NCBI RefSeq assembly: GCF_004010195.1
Contig: NC_057728.1
Location: forward strand, 54,405,378-54,469,377
Origin: Chiloscyllium plagiosum
Lineage: Eukaryota
DNA: 64,000 nt
Reading direction: 5' to 3'
The translations under genes and the position numbers were made by a program. The notes under the pieces were generated by a model. That model saw only the letters and a list, made by a program, of their open reading frames with translations. It did not search any database and was not told where the DNA came from. This document shows, piece after piece, positions 24,098 to 36,995 of this stretch (positions are counted from its first letter, which is position 1; the number at the start of each line of letters is the position of its first letter).

Positions 24098-25115
24098 AGA
24101 TTAGAGTAGTGCTGGAAAAGCTCAGCAGTTCAGGCAGCATCCAAGAAGCAGGAAAATCGACGTTTCAGGCAAAAGCCCTTCATCAGGAATAGAGGCAGAG
24201 TGCCTGCAGGGTGGAGAGATAAATGAGAGGAGGGTGGGGAGAAAGCAGCATAGAATGCAATAGGTGAATGGGGGTGGGGATGGAGGTGTTAGGTCAGGGA
24301 GGAGGGTGGGGGAAGGTAGCAAAAATCATCCGACGACATTTCCGCCACCTCCAAATGGACCCCACCACCAGGGATATATTTCCCTCCCCACTCCTTTCCG
24401 CCTTCCGCAAAGACCGTTCCCTCCGTGACTACCTAGTCAGGTCCACGCCCCCCCAACAACCCACTCTCCCGTCCTGGCACCTTCCCCTGCCACCGCAGGA
24501 ATTGCAAAACCTGTGCCCACATGTCCTCCCTCACCTCCATCCAAGGCCCTAAAGGAGCCTTCTACATCCATCAAAGTTTCACCTGCACATCCACCAATAT
24601 CATTTATTGTATCCGTTGCTCCCGATGCGGTCTCCTCTACATTGGGGAGATTGGACGCCTCCTAGCAGAGCGCTTTAGGGAATACCTCTGGGACACCCGC
24701 ACCAATCAACCACACNNNNNNNNNNNNNNNNNNNNNNNNNNNNNNNNNNNNNNNNNNNNNNNNNNNNNNNNNNNNNNNNNNNNNNNNNNNNNNNNNNNNN
24801 NNNNNNNNNNNNNNNNNNNNNNNNNNNNNNNNNNNNNNNNNNNNNNNNNNNNNNNNNNNNNNNNNNNNNNNNNNNNNNNNNNNNNNNNNNNNNNNNNNNN
24901 TCACCTATTGTACTCTATGCTACTTTCTCCCACTCCCACTCCCCTCTCGTTTATCTCTCCACCCTGCAGGCATACTGCCTCTATTCCTGATTAAGGGCTT
25001 TTGCCCGAAATGTCGATTTTCCTGCTCCTTGGATGCTGCCTGACCTGCTGTGCTTTTCCAGCACCACTCTAATCTAGACTCTGGTTTTCAGCATCTGCAG
25101 TCCTTGCTTTTACCT
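24098..25115 (+). mobile_element. Penelope-like element with inverted 5' pLTR, GIY-YIG remnant and an assembly gap
   Basis: FTCTSTNIIYCIRCSRCGLLYIGEIGRLLAERFRE; inverted terminus 24098-24322; TSD AGAGATACATTTTT at 24084-24097 and 25116-25129. Confidence 0.9.
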
Positions 25116-25261
25116 AGAGATACATTTTTGAATTGTTAGACCACTTCAGAGGGCACTTGGGAGCAGACACATTGCTGAGGGCCTGGGGTCACTTACAGGC
25201 CAGATCTGGTACAAACAGATGATTTCCTTCACTAAAGGACATTCATGAACTAGATGACAAT

Positions 25262-25570
25262 CTCCTTCTTCTTGTCAGTCCCTCAGGATCGAGGATGAAT
25301 CGTTTCCACATGACAAGCCCAAAGCACGAATGCACCCTCTGCCGGGTAGGACGTGTGTGGAGAGTTGGGGCAATGAGCTATTGGGAGGTTTGTGCACTCT
25401 CTCTGACACCTCGACTTTACCTCTGACTGTTTCCCGACCAGGTCTATCAGTGAGTTCAGTGTCTGAACCAACCTTCTCTGTTTTGGTCTGCCACTCACCA
25501 GGGATTTCCATGAGTCACGAGGAATGTTTAACCTCTTCAGAGATGTTTTGTGGATATGCATAAACTACTT
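25262..25570 (-). mobile_element. RTE-clade LINE 3' fragment
   Basis: KTSLKRLNIPRDSWKSLVSGRPKQRRLV resembles an RTE ORF end; AAGAAGAAG tail. Confidence 0.6.
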
Positions 25571-25899
25571 CCAGTCTTTTGCTGCGACCAATTCTGATTG
25601 GACCAGTTGATTTAGGAGTCTGGTGTCCGGCAGAAAAGCAACATGTCCTGCCGATCTAATAGTTTCATGTTCACAATATTAATTATTTATCTTAAAACCT
25701 AGTTAATTAATCAAATTGAAATTTCCCAGCCATCAACTGTGATTTGAATGCCTATCTTTGGATCATCTGAATAGGCTGCCTGGTTATTAATCCAGTTACC
25801 TAATTGCTAAATTACCATGGTTGACATGAACCTCTTTGGTTATTTGATTATTAATCTGGTTACCAATCACTAAGTTACCTTGGTTGATGTGAATCCCTT

Positions 25900-26075
25900 G
25901 ACCTTCCACTGAAGAGTTACATCAACACCATTGCCCGAATCCATAACAGGATTATCCCCATTCAGATTCAGAGCTGTTCTATCTTTGTTCATCAAGTTCC
26001 CTATGACATCATCAGTCTGGGTGGAGCTTAATGCAGTATTCAGCATTAACCCTTTCAGAACCAATACCATAAACA
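25900..26075 (-). mobile_element. LTR fragment related to the solo LTR at 48837
   Basis: 26004-26062 matches 48847-48905 in reverse complement (about 50/59). Confidence 0.55.
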
Positions 26076-26661
26076 CCACCTAGCTCCTGAGAAGACAAAA
26101 GGAAGGATATGCAGAGATTTGATGAGGTTGGTTAACAAATAGTGAGATTCAATTGGAAACAGGTCTTAAAGTAATGCTTAGAGTAACGTGTGGATCTTAG
26201 TTTCTCTGTTTGTTTTCTGAAATGACTATCTGCTTAACCCCTGCCCTATTCCCATTAACTCTTGAACTTTTTTCAAATAGTTTGTAGTTCTCATGCCTCT
26301 GCTTCTGTGACTGTTTCTAATCAATCATTTTGCACTGGAATTGTGAAATCAATTGAGACTGACGAGAGGATTTTTGGGGGGTGGTGGTTTATAATATATG
26401 CAAGATGCTTCACACCGTTTTGTTTTGCACTAACCCTGCTAACCATGGTTAAGGCAGATTGCTAGATGTTGCACCTTGCACCTTCACCTGGTCAAACAAC
26501 ACTCCCTCACTCCAAACATGCATCACCAATGAACATAAGAACATACGAACTAGGAGCAGGAGTAGGCCGTCTGGCCTATCGAGCCTGCTCCACCATTCAA
26601 TGAGATCATGGCTGATCTTTTCGTGGACACAGCTCCATTTACCCACCCACTCACCATAAAT

Positions 26662-26955
26662 GGGGCTGCACGGTGGCTCAGTGGTTAGCACTGCTGCCTC
26701 ACAGCACCAGGGACGCAAGTTCAATTCCAGCCTCAGGTGACTATCTATGTGGAGTTTGCACATTCTCCCCATGTCTGCGTTGGTTTCCCCCCACAGTTCA
26801 AAGGTGTGCAGGTCAGGTGAATTGGCCATGCTAAATTTCCCATAGTGCTTGGTGCATTAGTTAGAGGGAAATGGGTCTGGGTGGGTTGCTCTTTGGAGGG
26901 TCAGTGTGGATGTGTTGGGCCGAAGGGCCTGTTTCCGCACAGTAGGGAGTCTAGC
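26662..26955 (+). mobile_element. HE1-type SINE, full length, inserted in a CR1 tail (26535-27090)
   Basis: GGGGCTGCACGGTGGCTCAGTGGTTAGCACTGCTGCCTCACAGC head. Confidence 0.9.
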
Positions 26956-27599
26956 CTAGTCAACCCTTCATTCCTTTGCTGTTCAAAAATCTATTTATCT
27001 TTCAATGATGTAGCCTCAACTCCTTCACTGGACGGGGAATTCCACAGATTTACAACCCTATGGGTGGAGACATTCCTCCTCAACTCAATGAACAAAAGCA
27101 TTCAAAGAAAATGAAAAGAAGACACTATTTTTATTTTCCCCCAAATCCTTGTTTAATTCCTGGATAAGCCATCCCGGGTTCACTCAGGCATTTCTTAGTG
27201 ACCAAACATTGAGTGTGAAAGTACACTCCTAGACTTCAAATAAACTCAGAGGGGGTCTTTTAACCCTTTAAAGAGTGACTCACTTAGTCCAGCTCTTTTC
27301 TTCTTGGCCTATAAGCCCTTTCCTGAGACTTAGTGGTGGTGCAGTAGGTAGTTTCCCTGTCTCTGAGCTCACAGTTCTGGGTTCAAGTCCTGCCACTACC
27401 TTGACAGCCAAGCAGCTTGATCATCCACCAGAGAATTATTCCAAACCCAGGGCATAAGATTGGGAGAGTCTCCTGGTCAATCAGAAAATTGCAAGAACCT
27501 CACTGGTCTCTACAGTGAAAGATCCCTGGAGCAGGTTCTTGCTATGTCCGAGCTGTGCTTTGTGAGAGAGAAGGAAAACCTTTCCTTTCAAAAACACAT

Positions 27600-28800
27600 C
27601 CAGGACTCTTCATGCTCCTGGTTACTTCAGTTTTAGCATATTTCACTTCCACTCAACAAGTTATCCTAACTGCCAAATGGAAGGCGACCTCATTTCCCTG
27701 TGGACAGATATTGGTAAAGAGACAAATTATACCAAAGGGTTTAAACTGACAGCTGTCAGTGATTGCTGTTAGTCGTTCTTTGTTGTGGAGCCTCTTTAGC
27801 CCGTGACCCACTGGTGCCCTTGCCCCATCCCCTATCTGCCCTCTAATTCTCCAGATAATGCCTTTGAAAGCATTACGGCCTATGCCCAATTGCTCCAAAC
27901 TGTTTAATTGCTTCAAAGCCCAGGGGAAAGGGTGAGTGAACCCTTTCTTAATTGTTATTTGCTGACCAGTTATTTCAAGGGTTCTGGCTCCAGTCACCAA
28001 GGGTGTAGCCAGACTCACTGTGGCCTGGGGGTCAGGAGTCTCCATGATCCTGGCTCCATCAAACCTATAACTTTTTAAGTGGTTGAATGCAAACAGTCTC
28101 CACTCTGAGCTGTCAAGACCAGAGAGGTTATACGAGGCGATTACTCATCATAAACAGAAGTGCACTAATGACTACTGACAGGCCATTTAATGGAGAACGC
28201 TTTAAAAGCAATTTGGAATATGAATGCAAGGTTCCAAGCTATCAAGAGAGAGAGAAAAATAAACCCACCACGCTTAATATTTGCATTGTTGGATTTTGTA
28301 AAGTGTTAAATGGGAAGCTCTCGGTTATCTGCCTCTCTTTCAAAGCACAGATCTGAAAGGATGTCAATAGCAATAGTGTAATCACTCCCTTCCTCTGGGT
28401 CAGGAGAAGATTAACTGAATGTTAAGTAAAGGGAGATCGGCAATTCCTTGGGGATGTGTAAATTAGTCATTCAGGTTTCTCAGCCGAAGCTGTGAGTCTC
28501 ATGTCATTGGTGGGGCTGGGGGGACAGGGCATAAGGTTATCTGCTGTGTAGGTTTCTGGTTGTTTTGCTCGATCTACATTTCAGTTCTTTAGAGATTTGA
28601 TTACGACAGCCGTGGAATGTTGTATGCAGAGAGTAAACCAAATTAAATTAAGCCCTGCCTTAAAGACTTATCACACATCTCGGCTGCAATGCAAGTTGGG
28701 AGTAATGGTACACAAGTGGTGACTACTCATAGCTCCAGTAGAGGTGATTTTACAATGTGCCTGCGTACTTTAAATTATTGTCACTACCACCACTACTTTG
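27600..28800. promoter_or_regulatory. Candidate conserved non-coding enhancer island
   Basis: No recognisable repeat; 16-bp palindrome ACTGACAGCTGTCAGT (27745-27760) plus many TAAT/ATTA motifs; conservation not verifiable here. Confidence 0.4.
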
Positions 28801-29124
28801 CAGCATTTGGAAATGTTAACTCTTGGCTAAGAGAACGAACCGTTCACCCTCTCAGCTGGGAATAAAACATTCCACGCCACATATTTGAAGAAGAACTGGG
28901 ACCTTCCCCTTGGTTGTGTGGCCAATATTATTCAACAACCACAACTTGCATTTAGATAGCACCTTCAATGGGGAAACGTGTGTTATGTTCCGAGTTGGTG
29001 TGAAGGAACAGCACTCTGAAAGCTAGTGCTTCCAAATAAACCATAACCTGGTTACGTGATTTTTTTAACATTGCTGGACAAGACAAATTGATTTTATATA
29101 TATGTGTGTGTGTGTGAGAGAGAC

Positions 29125-29436
29125 TGATTATATTCCCTACAGTATGAAAACAGTCCCATCGGCCCAACAAGTCCACACCTACCCTTCAAAGAGTAATCCA
29201 CCCAGACCCAGTTCCCTCTGACTAATGCACCTAACATGATGGGCAATTTAGCATGGCCAATTCACCTGACCTGCACATTTCTGGACTGTGGGAGGAAACC
29301 GGAGCACCCGGAGGAAACCCACGCAGACATGGGGAGAATGTGCAAACTTCACACAGACAGTCGCCTGAGGCTGGAATTGAACCTGGGTCTCTGGCACTGT
29401 GAGGCAGCAGTGCTAACCACTGAGCCACCGTGCTGC
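29125..29436 (-). mobile_element. HE1-type SINE, full length
   Basis: Same family as 26662. Confidence 0.9.
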
Positions 29437-29449
29437 CAAATTGAGGTTA

Positions 29450-30190
29450 TGAATCTTAGCAGAAAGATTGAAGGAATGGAATATTATTTAAATGGGAAAA
29501 GACCGTAGAAATGTCCAGCACAGAGGGATTTTGGGGTGCTGATGCATGACTCACAAAAAGCCAGTATCCAAGTTCAGAGCAGCAAAGGGAAGGCAAATTG
29601 AATGTTGGCCTCAATTTCAAAGATAATGGAATATAAAAACTGTGAGGTCTTGCTAAAATGATACAAGGCACCGGTCAGGTCGCAGCTGAAATACTCTGAA
29701 CAGTTTTAGTACCCTTATCTGAGGAAAGATAGACTGCAGGAGTCTAGAGAAGGTTCAACAGATTGGACCTGTGTTTGCAGAGATTTTCTAATGAGCAGAG
29801 GCTGATTAGTCTGGTCTTGGGAGTTTAGGAGAATGAGAGGCAACTTATGAAACGTGCAAGATTCTTTGGGGGCTTGACAGAGTAGATGTGGAGAGGTTGT
29901 TTTCTTTAGTGGGCAAGTCTAGGGTCAGAATCACCCATTTAAGACAGATATATGAATGATTTTTTTCTGTCAGACAGTGGTGAATCTGTGGAATTCTTTA
30001 ATACAGTGGTTGGCTCATTAGTAAAATCAACGCTGAGATAGACAGACTCCTAATAATTAAGGGAATCAAGGTTATGTTGATAAAGTAGAAAAGTGGAGTT
30101 ACGGATCAGAACCAGCACAATCTTATTGAATAGTGGAGTGGACTTGATGGACCAAATGATAAGCAAAATCTTCTGTTTGATGGTCTCATG
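29450..30190 (+). mobile_element. Old CR1 3' fragment
   Basis: EYYLNGKR..QRDFGVL..YKAPVRSQLKY-like remnants and GTGGTGAATCTGTGGAATTC. Confidence 0.75.
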
Positions 30191-30196
30191 GTGTTG

Positions 30197-30338
30197 ATTA
30201 GATTAGATTCCCTACTGTGTGGAAACAGGCCCTACGGCCCAACCAGTCCACACCAACCCTCCGAAGAGTAACCCACCCAGACCCATTTCTCTCTGACCAA
30301 TGCACTTAACACTATAGGCAATTTAGCGTGGCCAATTT
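30197..30338 (-). mobile_element. HE1-type SINE 3' fragment
   Basis: (TTAGA)n tail and CCCACCCAGACCCATTT body. Confidence 0.8.
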
Positions 30339-30398
30339 AGATAGATCACAGACTGAAATCCTGATTGATCTGTTGTATTTTGCTTGTTTTAGCTTTAA

Positions 30399-31199
30399 TG
30401 ATGTGGTCTACCCCTGACATATCAGCAATGCTACAGATTTTGTTTAACAATGAAACAAATTTATTAAATAATTGAAATGAAGCAAAAGTCGAACAAACAA
30501 AACTAATTATCACCTAAGTCAACATTTTTAAACAGTTAAAGCATAATCCCATTAATCTCAAAATATCGCTTCCTAAATTCCATAAGGACAAACAATTCGT
30601 AATATAGTACCTCAAAGCAACCCTTCTATTGTACTCCCTTTCAGTATCCTTTCCTCAACAGGTTTAACTTTGACATTAAGTCCTAGCTTGCAAATGCTGA
30701 TAGTGTCTTCCTGGAGTTATTATTCATTACAGTTAAAAGTACTCAGCTTTAAGTAACTTCTTCATGGTTTTATCCCAACACTGGATTGGGACTATTACTA
30801 ACTCTCTATTCTAATTACATTTCACTATACCCTTCCCTCCTTAGGCGCCCCAGACTAAGTAAATGTCTTCATAGGACAAGTCAAAATTCAAAGTAAAATT
30901 GGAAAAGAAACTTCTTTCTAAGGTATGGGTGTTTCCCTTAAGCTTAAAATACCTCTCCTGACCCTCTAAACCCAAGCTGGTTTACCTTGTTCAATTGTAA
31001 AATCCTACCAATGTACACAAAAACCTATTCAATCTAAAGCTAGGGCTCAAAAACCTTTTTAAAAGAAATCACCATTGCCACAGGAATTCTTACAAGTTGA
31101 CTATTAACTTCAGACACAAAGAAAACCCACTAATCCAAGAATCCAATCTTGCAATAAATGATATTACAAGTACATAGAAATTCCACAATTTACATCACA
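30399..31199 (-). mobile_element. Possible solo LTR (~800 bp)
   Basis: TGATGT...ACATCA ends, AATAAA on the minus strand near 30465, appears to split a SINE tail; no clear TSD. Confidence 0.35.
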
Positions 31200-32115
31200 C
31201 ATGTCCAGTGGTCCTTCACAGGAGCATTATTAAACAAAATGTAACACTAATTGATATAAGGAGATAATAAACAGAGGAGATGTGGGTTTGTGGAGTATAT
31301 TAAAGGAAGAGAGATGAGGAAGAATGTCTGCTCTCAGAGGGAAAGGCAGAACCGTGGAGTTGAGGATTATCAGATAAACTTATGATCTTATTGAATGGTG
31401 AAGCAGACTTGATGGGCTGAATGACCTACTTCTGCTCCTACATGTTATGGTCTTATGGAGCAAAAGGAAGGAGAAAGGCCAAGAGATTTAGGGAAGGAGC
31501 AGTGGACTTTGCCAGCTGAGGTGCCAACCATAATTGTACGATGATGCTTCTGTCTGTGTTAAGCATTATTTCTGCTGTTTCGGACGCCTATCTAGGGCAA
31601 GAGTCTCTGCCACATTTTCTGAAGAGGAAGATTGTGGACTGGGAAGGTGCACAATTTATTGTCCCTGTTTTCTCCACTCCCTCTTCTCAGCCAGCTGAGC
31701 GCTTACAGTTTTGCTCAACTCTTCCAACACCCCTCTAGTCAGCCTCAAGAGCTCATGACTGCCAGTGACTGTGTCTCCCAGGTGACAATATCCAGCATCC
31801 TTATACCTGACCTGCAGGATGTCCTCATAGCAGAGGAATAGATATCCTCTGCCAATTTTAGACTAAATGAGGAGGAATTCCTTCTCTCAGAGGATTGAGA
31901 GGTTTTGGAAGTCATTTGCCACAGAGAGCTGTGGGGGCAGAGTCCTTGTGTATATTTAAGGCTGAGATAGATTGATTCTTGATTAATTGGGGAATCAAGA
32001 ATTATGAGGAAAGGCCAAGAAAATGGACGTGAGGAATGTCGGATTCTATTGAACGGTGAAGCAGGCTTGAGGGGCCGAAGAGCCTACTTCTGTTACTATT
32101 TCTTACAATCTTACT

Positions 32116-32490
32116 TGTTGAAACTTTATTGCTGGAACAGCACAGCAGGTCAGGCAGCATCCAGGGAACAGGAGATTCGACGTTTCGGGCACAGGCCCTT
32201 CTTCAGGAATGAGCAGAGAGTGTTCAGCAGGAGAAGATAAAAGGTAGGGAGGAGGGACTTGGAGGAGGGGAGTTGGAAATGTGATAGGTGGAAAGAGGTC
32301 AAGGTGAGGGTGATAGGTCGGAGTAGGATGGAGGCGGAGAGGTCAAGAAGAAGACTGCAGGTCAGGAAGGCGGTGCCGGGCTGGAGGGATCCGGCTGAGA
32401 CAAGGTGGGGGGAGGGGGGATGAAGAAACTGGTGAAGTCCAAGTTCATCCCCTGCGGTTGGAGGGTTCCCAGTCGGAGGGTTCCCACTCA
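32116..32490 (-). mobile_element. PLE 3' fragment (family 1 variant)
   Basis: TSD TTACAATCTTACT at 32103-32115 and 32491-32503; 3' region similar to 14940-15210. Confidence 0.85.
32175..32210 (-). ncRNA. Intact minimal type-I hammerhead ribozyme motif
   Basis: ATTC-CTGAAGA-A-GGGC-CTGT-GCCC-GAAAC-GTC-GAAT: helix I ATTC/GAAT, stem II, palindromic ACGT helix III, GTC cleavage triplet. Confidence 0.85.
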
Positions 32491-32889
32491 TTACAATCTT
32501 ACTGTCAGTGAAGGAACAGTGATATAGTTCCAAAATTAGAATGATGTGTGGATTGGCGGGGTTCTTGAAGGTGGTGGTGTTCGCATGCATCTTCTGCCCT
32601 TGTCCTTCTATGTAGGAAAACTTATGGGTTTAGTAAAGCTGTCAAAGGATCCTGGGTGAGTCAGTGTAGTGCATCTTGTAGATATAATCGTTTCAGCCAC
32701 TGTGCACCAGTGGGGAAGGGAGTGAGGTTTTGAAGGTGGTGGATGGTTTGCCAATCAAATGGACTGCTGGGGAACCTCTGGTGTGTTGTTAATTCAATCA
32801 AGCGGGATTTCAACTTCCCAAGGCACTTTTCAAGCAGTCACTGTTAAACAGAAACGAAGCAACCAATTTCTGTATAGCAAGCTTCCATA

Positions 32890-33535
32890 ATCCCTGGCGT
32901 GGGGGAGTCCAGAACTAACTGAGGGGTGACCTTATAGAGGTTTAGATTAGATTAGATTACTTACAGTGTGGAAACAGGCCCTTCGGCCCACACCGAAGTC
33001 GCCAAAGGGCAACCCACCCAGACCCATTCCCCTACATTTACCCCTGCACCTAACACTACGGGCAATTTAGCATGGCCAATTCACCTAACCTGCACATTTT
33101 TTTTTTGGACTGTGGGAGGAAACCGGAGCACCCGGAGGAAACCCACGCAGACACGGGGAGAATGTGCAAACTTCACACAGTCAGTCGCCTGAGGCGGATA
33201 GAGTAAATAGACATGGTCTTTTCCCCGGGATGGGGAGTCCATAACTAGAGGACACAGTTTTAAAGTGAGAGGGGAAAGATTTAAAAGAAACCTAAGGGGC
33301 AATGTTTTCACGTAGAAGGTGGTGCATGTATGGAATGAGTAGCCAGTGGAAGTGGTGGAGGCTGGTACAATTACAGCATTTAAAAGGCATCTGGATGGGT
33401 ATATGAATAGGAAGGGTTTAGAGGGATATGAGCCAAATGCTGGCAAATGGGATTAGATTAGGTTAGGATATCTGGTCAGCATGGACGAGTTGGACTGAAG
33501 GATCTGATTTCGGGTTGTACATCTCTCTGACTCTA
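32890..33535 (+). mobile_element. HER1/CR1 3' fragment interrupted by an HE1 SINE (32942-33195, minus)
   Basis: GAGGGGTGACCTTATAGAGGTTT is broken by the SINE and resumes GGATAGAGTAAATAGAC. Confidence 0.85.
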
Positions 33536-33593
33536 AAATGCAATAAGGACCAGATCAACTCCTGCTGGTAATTGATTGAGGCCTGCTTTGAGA

Positions 33594-33776
33594 TAAGTTA
33601 AAAATCACACTACACCAGGTTATAGTCCAACAGGTTTGTTTGGAAGCACTAGCTTTTGGAGCAGGAGCAGCACTCTGAAAGTTAGTGCTTCCAAATAAAC
33701 TTGTTGGACTATAACCTGGTATTGTGTGATTTTTTAACTTTGTACATCCCAGTCCAACACCAGCACCTCCAAATCA
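33594..33776. mobile_element. Fold-back family 2 pLTR insertion
   Basis: Inverted arms meet at the ribozyme stem (~33660); TSD TGCTTTGAGA at 33584-33593 and 33777-33786. Confidence 0.85.
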
Positions 33777-33999
33777 TGCTTTGAGACAGCACCAAGAGAC
33801 CTTCTACATCAATCTCAGAGAACAGACTTAGTTTAACATTTTCATCTGAAAAAAAAACAGCAGTACCTCCTCAGTTCTGGAATGTCAGCCTGGGCTTTTG
33901 ACCCTCTGGTGGGACTTGAACCTAGACCCTTAACAACTCAGGGGCCAAGGGCTCTATTGTTGCTATTACCCACTAAGTCACAGTGTGAATTTGTGCAAG

Positions 34000-34950
34000 T
34001 GATTTTTGTCAGTCAAGGAACCCATTTTGCATTTAGCCCTAAGCTAAAATCCTTTTGCTAACAATGGCAATCTCCACAAAGATCATAAACAGCTTGATCT
34101 CGAGGTTAAGCAACACGTTAATTACACTTATTTCTGACCTTTCTCACAATTCATGCATGTTTAGAGACAAACCCATCTGTAACATAGCCATAATAGGATA
34201 CATTCTATGCTTTGTTTAATCTCAACAGTGGTTGTTCTTGACAGGCCTTGGGGATCTCTTGATAAAGATGTAAAAAGGTTGGGATTGCAGGGCGAAGCAG
34301 AGAGAAAAGGTCTAGAAAGTTGAGTTTAATGACTGTAGCGTGTGACTTTTTACCAAACATCAGACTAATAATTTGATCTCTACCTCTAGAATTCTTACCT
34401 TTGATTGATAGACCAGATTTGTGTCCCCTGCAAGTATTCTCCATCCTCTCAATGCTGTGAATTTTGTCAAAGAGGATTTGAATCCAGAAGAGCATTTTGC
34501 AATAAACCATTGATTGTTGCCAATAAAGGGTAACTCTTGGTAAATCTGTTTTAAAACCACTCCCAAGAGTCTGGCGTGAACTTGTGTTATTGTTTTTGAA
34601 GCTGTGAAATCAATTTACTATCTGACATCTCGTTATTCTGTTCTGGTATTAGAAACTGCAAAGAAAAAGTTTAATTTTTAAAGCTTGCTGAACGTCAATT
34701 AATTCAACGTGATAATGCTTTTTATTCTGTAACAGGTTTAATTAGCCAGCAGGCTAAAATTTATAGCACATAAATGTGGGCCCAGCTCAAAGACTCAATT
34801 ACTTCGAGCAATATCAGTAACAAATATTTACCATGTTGTGAAGAGATTCTTTCATCTACTCCTTTGTGACCTCACAAAAAATGGCAGATAGGGGAATGCT
34901 GGTCAATTAAGTCAACTGCACATTCAAGATCGCTGGAGATTCTTCACAAG
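34000..34950. promoter_or_regulatory. Candidate conserved non-coding island
   Basis: About 1 kb without a recognisable repeat; dense homeodomain/Sox-like words (CATTGATTG, TCAATTAATT, ACAATGG, TTTATAG). Confidence 0.35.
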
Positions 34951-36206
34951 CCATTTCCTACTCCCCTCCTTCTCTCACTCCCCACCCTGCAGTCATGTTA
35001 TCTCCTATAAAAGCAAACAAAAAGGCCACTGGAATTTTTTATTCATTCACGGGGTGTGGCTGTCATTGGCTAGGCCAGCAATTATTGTCCAACCCTGTTT
35101 GCCCAGAGGGCAGATAAGAGTCAACCATATTGCTATGGGTCTGGAGTCACATGTAGGCCAGACCAAGTAAGAATGGCAGATTTCCTTTTCTAAGGAACAT
35201 TTGTGAACCAGATGAGTTCTGACAAAAATTGACAGTGATTATGTGGTCAGCATTTGGCTGAACTCAAATTTCACTGTTTCACCAACTGCAAGGCTCCAAA
35301 ACATCAGCCTGGGCCTGTGAATTGCTCGTCCAGTGACAATACCCCAAGATGCAATGGACTCCCTTTAAAGAGATTAAAGCTATGTGCTGAAATCCAAAAT
35401 AAATTCTTGTTACCCTGCCTCCCTTGGGCAGCCCAAAGCCATCCAGGAGGTCATGTGGACAAAATGTTATTTGTAAAGACAATATGAGGGGATATCTACC
35501 TCGGCCAGAAACCAGTCCAGCAATGACGAATCAGCATACGGTCAATGATACAAGAAATAGGAGTAGAGAAAACCATTCTGTTCGTCAACTCTCTCCCACC
35601 ATTTGGAACAATTATGACAGATCTGGGACTCCATTCCACTTTCTAGTCCATTTGGCACATCTCCATGATTCCTTAAGAGACCAATTGCCTGTTCATTCCA
35701 ACTATACATATTCTCAGCAATGGACCACCGCACCAGCCAACCATATGTTTCAGAGGCTCACGATACTTGCTTCGTTTATTTATCTGCTCACTAGTCCGAC
35801 CCTGAGCTGTCAATGTAAAATCACCTATCAATCATCCGCAATCTTATTGTTTTATACAGCCCTATCAGGTATCAGCCATGTCTCAGAGGGTTGATGTCAC
35901 ACTCCCAAGACTTCACTACGTAATGTTGTCTGGATTAATGCAGCTCCAACAACACTCGGTTCAACATTAAACTGCCTACTTGTTCAGCATTCCATCCTTG
36001 AGTTTAAATACTCACTCCCTCCAACACCATTGCAGTTACATCAGTGTGTACTAGCTACACAACGTACTGCAGAAACTAATCCAGGCTCCTTCAACAGCAC
36101 TTTCCAAACCTACCACCTCTACTATCAAGAAGTTAAGGAAAGCAGATACATGGGAACAACATGTCAGTTCCACTCCAAGCACCCCACCATCATGACTTGG
36201 GAATAT

Positions 36207-36648
36207 TTTGACAGGCCACATGGACTGTTCTGTGTGCGCTGCAGAACCAACCATGATCAGTTCCCAACCTCCCCTCCCCCCATCTTACCTCAGTTCCAAA
36301 CTTCCAGCTCAGCACCGTCCTCATGACCCATCTCATCCGTCCATCTTCCTTCCCACTATCCGTTCCACCCTCCCCTCCAACCTATCACCATTACCCCCAC
36401 CTCCATCGACCTATCGCATTCTCAGCTATCTTTTCCCCCAGCCCCACTCCCCTCACATTTATCTCTCCTTGAAAGTGGAGTCGCAGGTAGATAGGATAGT
36501 GAAGAAGGCGTTTGGTATGCTTTCCTTTATTGGTCAGAGTATTGAGTACAGGAATTGGGANTGAAGGGCTTTTGCCTGAAAGGTCAATTTTCCTGCTCCT
36601 CAGATGCTGCCTGACCTGCTGTGCTTTTCCAGCACCACACTCTTGACA
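36207..36648 (+). mobile_element. PLE 3' fragment and pLTR with an intervening HER1 piece and a single N
   Basis: PLE 3' region 36260-36467, HER1 36468-36560, pLTR 36562-36648. Confidence 0.6.
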
Positions 36649-36723
36649 ACCAACTAATGGTTGGGTAAAGTGCTGGCATTGATCCTCCTCTGCAGATATT
36701 TTCTAATCAACCCGTTCAAGTAT

Positions 36724-36995
36724 ATAGAGTCGTAGAGATGTACAGCACGGAAACAGACCCTTCAGTCCAACTCGTCCATGTCATCCAGATATCCCACTCC
36801 AATCTAGTCCCACCTGCCAGCACCTTGGCAATATCCCTCCAAACTCTTCCTATTCATATACCTATCCAGATGCCTTTTAAATGTTGTAACTGTACTAGCC
36901 TCCACTTCCTCTGGCAGCTCATTCCATACACGTACCACCCTCTGCGTGAAAAAGTTGCCCCATAGGCCTCTTCTATATCTTTCCCCTCTCAGCCT
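36724..36995 (-). mobile_element. HER1/CR1 3' fragment
   Basis: NFFTQRVVRVWNELPEEV. Confidence 0.9.

Noticed and set aside
25870..26079. 69-aa ORF as a host exon
   Set aside because: Overlaps LTR-related sequence; no recognisable domain
26662..26730. tRNA genes suggested by A/B-box heads
   Set aside because: They are SINE heads continuing into the HE1 body and LINE-like tail
36468..36561. HER1 piece apparently captured inside a PLE (matches ~37236-37329)
   Set aside because: Ends at a single N and comes from a young high-copy repeat; gap-filling artefact is more likely
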